DNA of 64,000 nt from contig JAUQPB010000002.1 of the NCBI GenBank assembly GCA_030550585.1, positions 32,001-96,000 on the forward strand, in the 5' to 3' direction. This document shows, in pieces, positions 42,403-51,538 of this stretch. The translations under genes and the position numbers were made by a program. Source of the stretch: Thermoproteota archaeon (GTDB lineage Archaea; Thermoproteota; Thermoprotei_A; Sulfolobales; Ignisphaeraceae). Numbering within the stretch: the stretch's first letter is position 1; each line of letters begins with the position of its first letter. The notes beneath the pieces were generated by a model, which was not told the origin of the DNA, did not search any database, and saw only the letters and a list, made by a program, of their open reading frames with translations.

Positions 42403-42729
42403 ATGGAGGAGGTATCCAATAACTCATCAAATATTGATGAAGTCGAGGAGATTATTAGAGACGCTACTGGAGCATTCTATAGATTTTTGGACTATATCAT
42501 GAATCCTGAAAACTATTCTATAGATAGTATAGAGTACAAGTTTAGTGATGTAATCGAAAAGGCGAGAGCCGTTGCGAGTAAGTTAAGAAGTAGAGGCAGA
42601 GATGATGAAGCTTCTCGTATATCAGCAGTAATCGAAGCACTTAAATATCTACGCAGTATGGCTCGCTCAGTAGCTAGCAAACATCAAACTACTTATTCAG
42701 ATCGAGAGAGACAGAAAGTGTCTATATAA
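42403..42729 (+). CDS. Hypothetical helical protein
   Basis: 108-aa ORF with GAGGTGG RBS. Confidence 0.6.
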   Translation: MEEVSNNSSNIDEVEEIIRDATGAFYRFLDYIMNPENYSIDSIEYKFSDVIEKARAVASKLRSRGRDDEASRISAVIEALKYLRSMARSVASKHQTTYSDRERQKVSI

Positions 42730-42876
42730 TTTCTATTATAAATTTTTTTCAAGATACTGTGGTCGAGAACATCTGTAGCTCTTCCTCAGTTGGTAGCACA
42801 TGTAGTGTTAGCCTTTTCCTCCCCCGGTTTTCAATATGCCTGCCCCAGTAGGGGCGTTCACGAGGAAATCTGCTTC

Positions 42877-43064
42877 AGCACTCTATAGATCCTGGTAAAG
42901 AGACGTTGCCAAAGGTTCTCGCGAGGATCATTAAAGAAAGATACGGAAAAGATATCGATGAAGAAAAACTGGTAGAGATCTTAAGAGGACTCGAGCTAGC
43001 AAAGATCATATACATTGATAGAAGATACTATAAAGCTAGACTCGATAAATCGCTGATGACATGA
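42877..43064 (+). pseudogene. 3' remnant of a gene that abuts the integrase start
   Basis: Open frame ...DPGKETLPKVLARIIKERYGKDIDEEKLVEILRGLELAKIIYIDRRYYKARLDKSLMT*, winged-helix-like, no clear start. Confidence 0.45.
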
Positions 43065-44333
43065 GTGTGTGGTTTGTGGTTCAAGGATCTCGATCTATCT
43101 AAGATCTCTGATGATGCTCGCTACAAGTTGTTCGAATACATTGTGAACGTTAAGAAGCTCAAATCATCTGATCTCTCTATCTCGTATTCGACGTTTAGCA
43201 GGGTTAGGAATAGAAAGATACCTGTATCAGATTCACTACTCATAAAGATACTTCAGCACATAACACCCGAAGAATTTGCAAAGCTGGTGTCGGCTGGAGA
43301 GAGGCTTAGAGCTCTAGGTATAGTTAAAGAGGATGGATCTATAGACTACTCACTAGCGCTAGAATTTGTAAAGCTCATACTAAGAGACGAGTACCTGAAA
43401 AACCTAGTGCTGAGGTTCGTTGTCCAAGAGTTTAAAGAAGATATTAGGAAAATGCTTGGAGTGAGTTTCGCAGGCATAAAGCTTGAGTGGAGTGAAGACT
43501 TCGAGAACTTTCTATCAGAGAGAAAGAAGCGTAGAAAGGTAAGAGACCCAGAGACCATAAACTACTACAGAAACCTATTCAAGAAACACCTAGAGGGGAA
43601 AGAACTATCAGAAGAACTAGTAGAATACGTAGCTAACCACAGAAACGGGTGGCTTAGGAACGTATTCAGACACTATATACAGTACCTATACCACAGGAGA
43701 AGAATTCCCCCAGAAACATTTGGCTGGATAATGGAGGTAGTCCCCTCAAGAGGGTACAAACTAGATGTAAGACCCTACCAAATCTCCATAGAAGATGTTA
43801 GAAAGACCCTAGAGTTCTTGAAGGAGAACCACAAACTGTACTACACAGTATACAGAACAATGCTAGAATCAGGAGCAAGATTCGAACACATACTGGAGAT
43901 GATAAGGACATGGAACCCTAATGAAGTAGTGGTCATAGAGTCCATAGATCTGGAGACGGAGAGGTTAGTGTGCTTCGAGGATAGGGGGTTCTGCAGATAC
44001 TACCTAGGGCTGAGAGGTCACCAGAAACCGTGTGAATGGATATACATGTCTAGAGGTACTATAGAGCTCTTGAAAACACTAGCACCCAAAGATATTGATA
44101 GGAATAGTGTTAGAAGGTATGCCAAGAGGCATAACCTAACCCTACCGAAGATGTTTAGGAAAGTCTCATGGAGGATAATGGTTCAGACCATGCCTAAGGA
44201 GGTAGCGAGGTTTATCCAGAGCAGATTCGGAGAACTAAAGACAAGCGAAGCGAGGTACGAAGACCTACTAACAGAAGCAGACAAACACTACCCCAGATAC
44301 ATCGAAAAGCTTATCAGAGAATCTTTGACATAA
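43065..44333 (+). CDS. int: Tyrosine recombinase/integrase (SSV1-like catalytic domain, N-terminal HTH-like extension), intact
   Basis: ESGARFEH (R), PKMFRK (KxxR), FIQSR, EARY (catalytic Y); ends 72 bp before the att repeat. Confidence 0.9.
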   Translation: MCGLWFKDLDLSKISDDARYKLFEYIVNVKKLKSSDLSISYSTFSRVRNRKIPVSDSLLIKILQHITPEEFAKLVSAGERLRALGIVKEDGSIDYSLALEFVKLILRDEYLKNLVLRFVVQEFKEDIRKMLGVSFAGIKLEWSEDFENFLSERKKRRKVRDPETINYYRNLFKKHLEGKELSEELVEYVANHRNGWLRNVFRHYIQYLYHRRRIPPETFGWIMEVVPSRGYKLDVRPYQISIEDVRKTLEFLKENHKLYYTVYRTMLESGARFEHILEMIRTWNPNEVVVIESIDLETERLVCFEDRGFCRYYLGLRGHQKPCEWIYMSRGTIELLKTLAPKDIDRNSVRRYAKRHNLTLPKMFRKVSWRIMVQTMPKEVARFIQSRFGELKTSEARYEDLLTEADKHYPRYIEKLIRESLT

Positions 44334-44354
44334 AACAAATACATCTGCAACTAG

Positions 44355-44385
44355 ATATTGCATGCAACAAATATCGCTCATGCAA
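44355..44385. promoter_or_regulatory. Right-end copy of the conserved 31-bp motif
   Basis: ATATTGCATG-CAACAA-ATATCG-CT-CATGCAA, matching 24237-24267. Confidence 0.6.
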
Positions 44386-44405
44386 ATCAACATATATATG
44401 AACAA

Positions 44406-44452
44406 GCCTTGTAAGCCGGTGGCCGCGGGTTCAAATCCCGCCGGCGGCTCCA
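44406..44452 (+). repeat. attR: 3' half of tRNA-Thr(UGU)
   Basis: GCCTTGTAAGCCGGTGGCCGCGGGTTCAAATCCCGCCGGCGGCTCCA, 46/47 identical to 24147-24193. Confidence 0.93.
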
Positions 44453-44579
44453 AATAATTGGCTTCATCTCTATAAAGTAATTTACCATACTTATTTAATG
44501 TTGTTTACAAAATTGAGAAATTTCGGTTGAAGCTCCAGCCACAATAGACGATGGTGGTACACGAATTTGTTGAGTATGA

Positions 44580-46139
44580 TTAAGCTTTGGGTATGAGCTC
44601 TTCCATGTTTTCTTTGATTAGGCTGTTGCGTAGATCGAGCCACATTTCTACACAGCTTCTATATCTGTCTTCTTCTTTTAGTGTTAGCGCTTTTTTTATT
44701 ACCTCTGCCAGTGTCTTGGGTATATCGCTTAACCAAGGCATGTACATATTGTCTAGTGCCTCGACATCATCTGCAACAGCGTTAACAAATTCTCGATATG
44801 AGATCGCCTTACCTCTTAGTCGTAGCGCTAGGTCTAGCACTTTTTTTGCAAAGTCTTTTAGCATGGTCTCTCCATCCTCGATCTTCTCCATGGGTATTGG
44901 ATAGCCGTAGACATTCTGCAAGAGGGCTATGTTAAGAATTAGCCTGTGCTTTGGTATAGAACTTGACAACATGTATGCTAGTGTCATGGCCAGGCTGTAA
45001 GCGTCGTAGCTGAAATCTGATGTTCCTCGTACAAGGGCTAGAGGATCAGCATATGCAGGTGTTAGCCTCGCAAATTTATAGCCGTGGGCAGGATCGCCTA
45101 AGGCTCCGCTGAAATCTGTTAGCATAGGTACATAGCCGTACTTGTCGCTGGTTTGGCGTAGAAGTATGTTCTTAGGCTTTATATCCATGTGAACAATGTT
45201 TGCTAAGTGGGCTAGTGCAGTTGCACCAACAACTCTTATAAGTATGTACATAGACTCATTTAGATTTAGCGATCCCCGTTTCTTCACAAAATCTTCTAGA
45301 TCACCCATATCAGCATATTCCTCTACGATAGCAGGCGAATACAATGAATATGTGTCTTTGTCTAGCTTGTTCTTCATGATGAGGAGGGCATATATAGAAG
45401 AAATGTAGTTGCTATATATAGTCAACTCTTTCAGAATAGCATTGTCATAGCCTTTAATTGCTATAAGATCGCTAACCTCTTCCTTGTCTAGTGTGCGAAC
45501 GGTAAATCCATGTATATAACCCCTTACCAAGTCCATAAAATTTCTGTTTACAGCAATGTCCTCTTTCAGAACCTTTAAGGCATAGACATTCCCAGCCCCG
45601 TCCCTTGCCTTAAAGACGTAAGTATAGCTACCCCTATCATTTATCAGTTCTTCTATTATAAAACCATATAATCCCCTCTTCCTCCATAAGGTTATGTAGA
45701 CTCCCTCCACATTTTCAACACATGCTTTAACATAGTTCACAAGCTGGGGGTCAATATCTGTTAGAGGTATTTCTTCAACAAATACATTTACTGCTGTGTA
45801 CTTATTTGCCGCCTCTATTAAATCATGAAGGGCACCAGAACCAGACCCAATTATCTGCCCTTCCCAATTCTCTTTCAGCACCGAGACCACAACATCTTTT
45901 ACGGTAAAAACTCTGAGAACTTTATCGCCGAAAACAAACTTGAAATGAAATAAACTATCTTCTGTTGCTGTTCTAGTAGTATCGGCAATCATTTTAGTTA
46001 TTGATGTAGAACTTACAGTTGTTGTACCCAGAAACCGTCTATCCTTAGCTAACAAAATAGAAGCTAAAACCAGAGGATCTGAAGCATACTCACTAATAGC
46101 ATCTAGATTCTTACACGTGCGCAAAGCCATAAATACCAC
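44580..46139 (-). CDS. Hanks-type Ser/Thr protein kinase
   Basis: GSYTYVF, YALKV, HMDIKPKNILL, DFSG, TPAYADP. Confidence 0.9.
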   Translation of the reverse strand: MVFMALRTCKNLDAISEYASDPLVLASILLAKDRRFLGTTTVSSTSITKMIADTTRTATEDSLFHFKFVFGDKVLRVFTVKDVVVSVLKENWEGQIIGSGSGALHDLIEAANKYTAVNVFVEEIPLTDIDPQLVNYVKACVENVEGVYITLWRKRGLYGFIIEELINDRGSYTYVFKARDGAGNVYALKVLKEDIAVNRNFMDLVRGYIHGFTVRTLDKEEVSDLIAIKGYDNAILKELTIYSNYISSIYALLIMKNKLDKDTYSLYSPAIVEEYADMGDLEDFVKKRGSLNLNESMYILIRVVGATALAHLANIVHMDIKPKNILLRQTSDKYGYVPMLTDFSGALGDPAHGYKFARLTPAYADPLALVRGTSDFSYDAYSLAMTLAYMLSSSIPKHRLILNIALLQNVYGYPIPMEKIEDGETMLKDFAKKVLDLALRLRGKAISYREFVNAVADDVEALDNMYMPWLSDIPKTLAEVIKKALTLKEEDRYRSCVEMWLDLRNSLIKENMEELIPKA

Positions 46140-46327
46140 TACTGGTTGTGCCCACTATACAGACTATCTAATAAGATTAATAAAACTGTAGATGAATGTT
46201 TATCACAATCTCCGCAACGTAGCTCGGCAGCATGTTGTTGAAAATCATTTACATTGCCATGTTATAATACTACAAACACTGTATTTGTATCAATACTGCA
46301 CTTTGACTTGCATCTTTCGATGTCCGA

Positions 46328-46648
46328 CTACTCTGCTTCAAATTCTTTAACTATTATTGTTGTTAGCCCCATCACTATCTCTGTTTGGTGTTGTAATTGT
46401 GTTGGTTGTTCTATCTTTTCCCCGTTTACATATGTGCCGTTTTTGCTCCCCAAATCCTCGATATACCACTTGCCCTGGTCTTCCCTATAGAATATTCTGG
46501 CATGTTTTCTAGATACGAAGGGATCTGGCAAAACAATGTCGCATCCAGGGTCACGCCCAATGATATAGGCACCGGGCTTGAGCTTGACAATGTGCTGGAT
46601 TGGAGTTGCACTACTTTTTATGGTTAAAACAAGTGTTTTGTCACTCAC
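46328..46648 (-). CDS. FHA-domain protein (ArnA-like)
   Basis: IGRD, VSRKHA, DLGSKNGTYVNG. Confidence 0.93.
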   Translation of the reverse strand: MSDKTLVLTIKSSATPIQHIVKLKPGAYIIGRDPGCDIVLPDPFVSRKHARIFYREDQGKWYIEDLGSKNGTYVNGEKIEQPTQLQHQTEIVMGLTTIIVKEFEAE

Positions 46649-46657
46649 AGTCTCACC

Positions 46658-47890
46658 CTATTCATATCTTCCACTCAGTATCCTAGATATAAGTGCTACC
46701 ACCTTTTTAACGACATCCGGGGATAGACCCTCTTTTTCTAGTTGTGCCTTGAGGTCTATCGTTTTCGTGTACAGCTCCCTGTTTTCAACAACTATGGTTG
46801 AATTGGCAATATTCTCAAGCACATTCATGAGCTTATCTGCCGATAGTTGCCCGTAGAGGTCTTTTGTTATTATCGAGGCAACTCTGATTAGGTTGACCTC
46901 TCTGAAAACTGTATTGTCCACCTCAACAGCATCTGGTGGTGCAATGTGAACACACGGTATGGTTACATTGGTTGGTGGCAACTCTTTTTCAGCTCCGTCA
47001 GTTTGTGTGTAAATGCCAGTTACTGTTGCTAGGTATGACATGCCTCGCTTCTGCGGTGGTACTAGAAGCTCGCCTACAACGGTTATAGTCTCCCCCTCAT
47101 GTACATCCCCGACCTCAATCTCCACACCACCTCTAGTGGTGTAGGCGGGCTTGTTGTATATGTAGACGCCCACACCTGGCGCAGTCTTTATCAGAATCCT
47201 CAGATTCTTTGCACTCAGTCCTCTGTATGCCGAAGCCATTTTCTCGATGAGGCTCGGCATCTTGGCGGGGTCGTCTAGGTGCTCGAAAAAGCCGTTTGTC
47301 TTCAAGGCTATGCCCGATAAAAGCTTCTCGTTGTAGTCTTCACCAACACCAATAACAAGGGATACCGAGACATGCTTGCCGAGCTTCCCAGCCATATCCA
47401 GAATTCTGTCCCTGTCTCTGACCCCTGTAGTCGGGTTCCCATCTGTCACCATAACCATCTTCACACTTGGCACAGCATCCCTCTCTCTGCTCTTCAGCTC
47501 CTCTCTAACACGTGTAGCATCAGCATACATCTGCTCTAGAACAGAGTATATGTTCGTACCACCGCCAAGCTTTATATCAGCTACAGCCCGAACAATCTTA
47601 TCGGTGTTGCCCACCTTCTCTATATCAAGAACTTTGCTTACCTTACCATAGAAGCTGTAGACAGAAATGTAGTCATCCGGGTCTAGAAGTTTGACCATCC
47701 TGAGAACAGAGTCCTTTGCAAAAAATATCTTAGAGCCATCCATAGACCAGCTACTATCTAAAGCAACAAGATATGCAGACCTAGTCTTGAGAGCACCCAC
47801 ACCTTTGACACGAATCATAAAAGGGACAACATCATTCCTACCCTCAACAACAAACAACTTAGAAAGCCTAACATCCAGAGCCAGAGACAT
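46658..47890 (-). CDS. vWA-domain protein (ArnB-like)
   Basis: MIDAS DSSWSM, GGGTN, VTDG, IGVGEDYNE. Confidence 0.9.
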   Translation of the reverse strand: MSLALDVRLSKLFVVEGRNDVVPFMIRVKGVGALKTRSAYLVALDSSWSMDGSKIFFAKDSVLRMVKLLDPDDYISVYSFYGKVSKVLDIEKVGNTDKIVRAVADIKLGGGTNIYSVLEQMYADATRVREELKSRERDAVPSVKMVMVTDGNPTTGVRDRDRILDMAGKLGKHVSVSLVIGVGEDYNEKLLSGIALKTNGFFEHLDDPAKMPSLIEKMASAYRGLSAKNLRILIKTAPGVGVYIYNKPAYTTRGGVEIEVGDVHEGETITVVGELLVPPQKRGMSYLATVTGIYTQTDGAEKELPPTNVTIPCVHIAPPDAVEVDNTVFREVNLIRVASIITKDLYGQLSADKLMNVLENIANSTIVVENRELYTKTIDLKAQLEKEGLSPDVVKKVVALISRILSGRYE

Positions 47891-48196
47891 GCTTTTTAAG
47901 CACCGTCTCTAGTCGCTATATATTATTTTACCTCAGCTGAGCTTTTAAGTTTTAGACATAAGTATTTGCAAGCATGTAAAGAGATGAAGATGAATAGGAT
48001 ATAGACAGCTAAATTTAACAGCTAGCCTAGAATTCGTTGTAGCCACAATTAACTTTACCCCATTGTTACCTCCATAAATACTTTTACGCTATTCCATTAT
48101 TATTTGTGAAATATTGTTGAAAGATTTTCTTGTTAAGTTTAACAGGGTGTTGAAGAATATGTTTAAAATAGTTGCCACCTACTCTTACTCAATTCA

Positions 48197-49762
48197 ATGG
48201 CGGTTTCTATGGACAGGTTCGAGGGTTTTAAAATTGTTCTTACTGGTGATGAATCTCTTGTGAGTACATATCACCATACATACTTAGGTTTTTCGTCAGG
48301 ATTGCCAATGGATGTTTTCCCTAGCCTTCTAGGAAACATAATTTTTCCTACTTTAAGTGGAGAACATGGCAGGATGAAGACAAGTCAATATGGTTTGTGT
48401 AAGATTGAAGCCTCTCTGATTGATAACGGTTTTTCGAGAAGTGATGTGGCTATTGTCGATCCTAGGAGGTTGGATGAGGCTATAGGGCCTGAGACAAGGG
48501 TTTTGGGCATCGGGGTTCTAGACCCTTTGGGCATAAACTATGGAACAGCTCTCTTGCGCGTTGTTCTAAGTTTGATGGGGGTTGAAACTCGTTTGCAATC
48601 CTACATGTCTTGGGCAACCATGAAGATATTTAATAATGATGCTGTGAAGAAGTATAGGAATAGAATAAAGGTTATTGTTGGAGGACAAGGTGTTTGGGAG
48701 ATAATTGATAGCGGGCTTCAGCATAGGCTTGGCATAGATTGCATTGTCGAGGGTGAGGGAGAGCTTGTCGCACCAAAAATTTTTAGAACAGCTCTAGAAG
48801 GTGGGGAAATCCCAAGCTATGTGAAAGGTCCGCCAGTACCCGTGGACAGGATACCTGTTATAAAAACTCCTTCCAGAGGTCTTGTAGAGGTTACGAGAGG
48901 GTGTGGGAGAGGGTGTCTATTCTGCAATCCCACACTATTAATGTTTAGATCAATACCAATGGATAAAATACTTAAAGAGATAGCTGTTAACATTGAAGGA
49001 GGCGAAAGAAACATAACGTTGCATTCAGAGGACTTTCTAAGGTATGGCTCAACGTCTCTACTACCAAATGAGGATAAGGTTCTAAACCTGTTAAACACTG
49101 TTACAAAGATACCGGAAATAAATAGCATTTCAATAGATTTTGTAACAGCATCAACAGCCTTGTCAAACCCTAAATTAGTGAAGACTGTTGGTGGTATGCT
49201 GGGGCTTAGTGACAGAAACCCAGCAATAATTCAGATGGGTATAGAAAGCGGTAGCCCAAGAATAATAAAAATTATTGCCCCTGGCAAGCCAAAGCCTTTC
49301 AATTATGAGGAGTGGCCGAAGATAGTGGAAGAAGCTGTTAATCTATTAAACGACTCGGGCTGGTGGATATGTGCAACAATAATAGTGAATCTTCCGCAAG
49401 AGACTGAAGAGGATATAGAAATGAATATGAGACTTGTAGAGAGGCTAGAGCATTACAACGTCTTTGTATTCCCATTGCCATTCATACCCTCTGGAAGTCT
49501 AAGAAAAGTAAAGGATATGGCAGGAACACATAAAATAGTTAGTACAAGAAATTTGGAGCTCATAGCCCTAGCAGTATATGATGCCATCAAAAAGATCAAA
49601 TCTTTATCAAAACACCTTGTAGCAAAAGCACCCTTTGGCGTAAGACAAGTGCTAGGTGCGTTACTCTATGTAGCTTCAGTCATAGGTCTTAGAAGATTAC
49701 AAAGAAACTCACTCGACGCTATAATAGATCATTTTAAAGCTCGTGAAAGAATATTGATATAG
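48197..49762 (+). CDS. B12-binding-domain radical SAM protein
   Basis: EVTRGCGRGCLFC (CxxxCxxC), GEGE, GIESGS. Confidence 0.88.
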   Translation: MAVSMDRFEGFKIVLTGDESLVSTYHHTYLGFSSGLPMDVFPSLLGNIIFPTLSGEHGRMKTSQYGLCKIEASLIDNGFSRSDVAIVDPRRLDEAIGPETRVLGIGVLDPLGINYGTALLRVVLSLMGVETRLQSYMSWATMKIFNNDAVKKYRNRIKVIVGGQGVWEIIDSGLQHRLGIDCIVEGEGELVAPKIFRTALEGGEIPSYVKGPPVPVDRIPVIKTPSRGLVEVTRGCGRGCLFCNPTLLMFRSIPMDKILKEIAVNIEGGERNITLHSEDFLRYGSTSLLPNEDKVLNLLNTVTKIPEINSISIDFVTASTALSNPKLVKTVGGMLGLSDRNPAIIQMGIESGSPRIIKIIAPGKPKPFNYEEWPKIVEEAVNLLNDSGWWICATIIVNLPQETEEDIEMNMRLVERLEHYNVFVFPLPFIPSGSLRKVKDMAGTHKIVSTRNLELIALAVYDAIKKIKSLSKHLVAKAPFGVRQVLGALLYVASVIGLRRLQRNSLDAIIDHFKARERILI

Positions 49763-49788
49763 GATAAGCATTTAAATCAAGGTTGTTG

Positions 49789-49835
49789 TGGCGGGCCCGC
49801 GGGGATTCGAACCCCGGATATCCGGCTCCAAAGGC
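49789..49835 (-). repeat. Degenerate 3'-half copy of tRNA-Arg(GCG) (old att site)
   Basis: TGGCGGGCCCGCGGGGATTCGAACCCCGG...TCCGGCTCC..AGGC matches 51340-51386 with ~5 mismatches. Confidence 0.85.
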
Positions 49836-49977
49836 TGAAATTGAAATGAGGCATGAAATTAAATATGGATTGTAACGATTTAGAAGAGATAGTAGGAAGC
49901 TTTGCAACAGATAGTTTGTTCTTACTACAACACTCTTTAATCTCTTAAAGCCGTATATAATAGATGGGTGAAACTAA

Positions 49978-50178
49978 GTGGCTAAGGTAATAAGAGTGAA
50001 GTATGAGAATGGGGTGCTCAAACCCCTGGAGAAGCTGGATGTCTCTGAGGGTGAGGTTTTGCTTGTTAAGGTTCTTCGAACGGAGTTGGCTGAGAAGGTG
50101 TTTGGCTCTGTAAATGTTGATGAGAAAACATTGGAGAGGGTTCTAAAGGAGGCTGAGGATGAGCTCGGTATTTATTGA
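49978..50178 (+). CDS. vapB: AF2212/DUF104-type antitoxin (VapB)
   Basis: VIRVKYENGVLKPLEKLDVSEGE; overlaps the PIN gene. Confidence 0.88.
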   Translation: MAKVIRVKYENGVLKPLEKLDVSEGEVLLVKVLRTELAEKVFGSVNVDEKTLERVLKEAEDELGIY

Positions 50179-50593
50179 CAGTAATGTGATAATCAAGTAC
50201 TTTGCAGGTGATTCATTAGCTAAGAAGCTGCTGGAACCCATTATCTACGGAGATGCTATAGGCTACGTTAATACCATTGTTATTTCCGAGGTTATATTTA
50301 TCTTGATTAAGCTACTCACCGGTAAGAAGGCTTATGAGCTTAAGAGTAGCCCAGAAACCGTAAAGGATGCGCTTAAATCGTTGAATATCCAGATACAATT
50401 CTTGAGAGAATACTTCTCAGAGCTTGAAATAAATGAGAGGGTGAAACAGATGGCCATAGAGGTAATGGAGGAATACGGGCTACTGCCCAACGATGCGCTA
50501 ATAGCATCGACTTGTAGATACTATGGTATAGACACGATACTCACATTCGATGAAGACTTCAAAAGAGTGCCATGGCTCAAAGTTGTGTGCTAG
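50159..50593 (+). CDS. vapC: PIN-domain toxin (VapC)
   Basis: VFIDSNV, SEV, LLPNDALI, TFDEDF. Confidence 0.92.
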   Translation: MSSVFIDSNVIIKYFAGDSLAKKLLEPIIYGDAIGYVNTIVISEVIFILIKLLTGKKAYELKSSPETVKDALKSLNIQIQFLREYFSELEINERVKQMAIEVMEEYGLLPNDALIASTCRYYGIDTILTFDEDFKRVPWLKVVC

Positions 50594-50694
50594 TATATAC
50601 GTTTGATGGAGCCCTTTGATAGCTGTTGATTTCCATATACACATAACAATGAGGTTGATTGAAGAGCGTATTCATACTAGAGAAGCTAGTTTCG

Positions 50695-51285
50695 TTTATG
50701 GATAAGCGGGTATTAAAGTAACTGTTCTACCCCCAGTAGCTCCCTGGGTTACTAACGATTATTTGTACAAAATGTTGTCTTATAACCCTAAAAGGTTGAT
50801 AGGATTTACCTCGGTAGTTCCGGACCCTGCAGATATAGCAATTAAAGAACTTCGTAGAGTAGTTCAAGATCTGGGGCTTAGAGATCTGGAGCTTCATCCG
50901 CCAATGCAAGGATTCCGCGTTTGATATAATCACATCAAAGGTTCTAAGGGTTGTCGAAGATCTTGTGATTCTTGTGATGATGCATGATATGTTAAGTGAC
51001 CTATTGGCACTATACTTTAAACCTCCGCTAGGAGGCATGACTTACCCTACTCTGATAGGGTAGGGAACTATGACTTCATCCCCCTTGCTGCTACTAAACA
51101 CAGTTATAGTCTACGCACATATGGGCAGTTTCTTTAGTTTTAGGATGTTTATTAGTTTCGCGACCTCACATCTAAATATCTACCTTGATACATCATATAA
51201 TATCCTAACCATAGCTTAGAGAATGGTCCTCAGACGTTAGCTAAGTAGATTAGAAGTCTAGGGGCAGACAGATTCATTTTTAGTA
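50695..51285 (+). pseudogene. Amidohydrolase-2 family pseudogene
   Basis: Frameshifted pieces: NDYL...PKRLIGFTSV.P...AIKELRR...LGLRDLELHP, VYAHMG, NIYLDTSY, GADRFIF. Confidence 0.7.
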
Positions 51286-51339
51286 GAGTTGAAGTTTACC
51301 GCTAAATACGGAACTTAGCAGAACTACTTTAACTGTTCA

Positions 51340-51417
51340 TGGCGGGCCCGCGGGGATTTGAACCCCGGTTCTCCGGCTCCGCAGGCCGGCGCTTTGTCCA
51401 AGCTAAGCTACGGGCCC
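51340..51417 (-). tRNA. tRNA-Arg(GCG), encoded CCA
   Basis: GGGCCCG acceptor stem, CTGCGGA anticodon loop, GGTTCAAATCC. Confidence 0.95.
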
Positions 51418-51538
51418 CTCTATCAACTTATTTTATTGTAGTTTTTAGATCTTGTTGCTTTATATCTATCTCTATTCATTAATCGGATCCACGGCTTTTA
51501 AGCTTAGACCATCTAAAGATTTTGGTGGGTATTATGAG

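Larger units (their letters stand above)
24147..44452. mobile_element. ~20-kb integrative island at tRNA-Thr(UGU)
   Basis: 47-bp direct repeat of the tRNA 3' half (24147-24193 and 44406-44452, 1 mismatch), adjacent intact tyrosine integrase, shared 31-bp motif inside both ends. Confidence 0.85.

Noticed and set aside
50727-51038. 103-aa minus-strand ORF
   Set aside because: Antisense to the amidohydrolase pseudogene, with no recognisable motifs.
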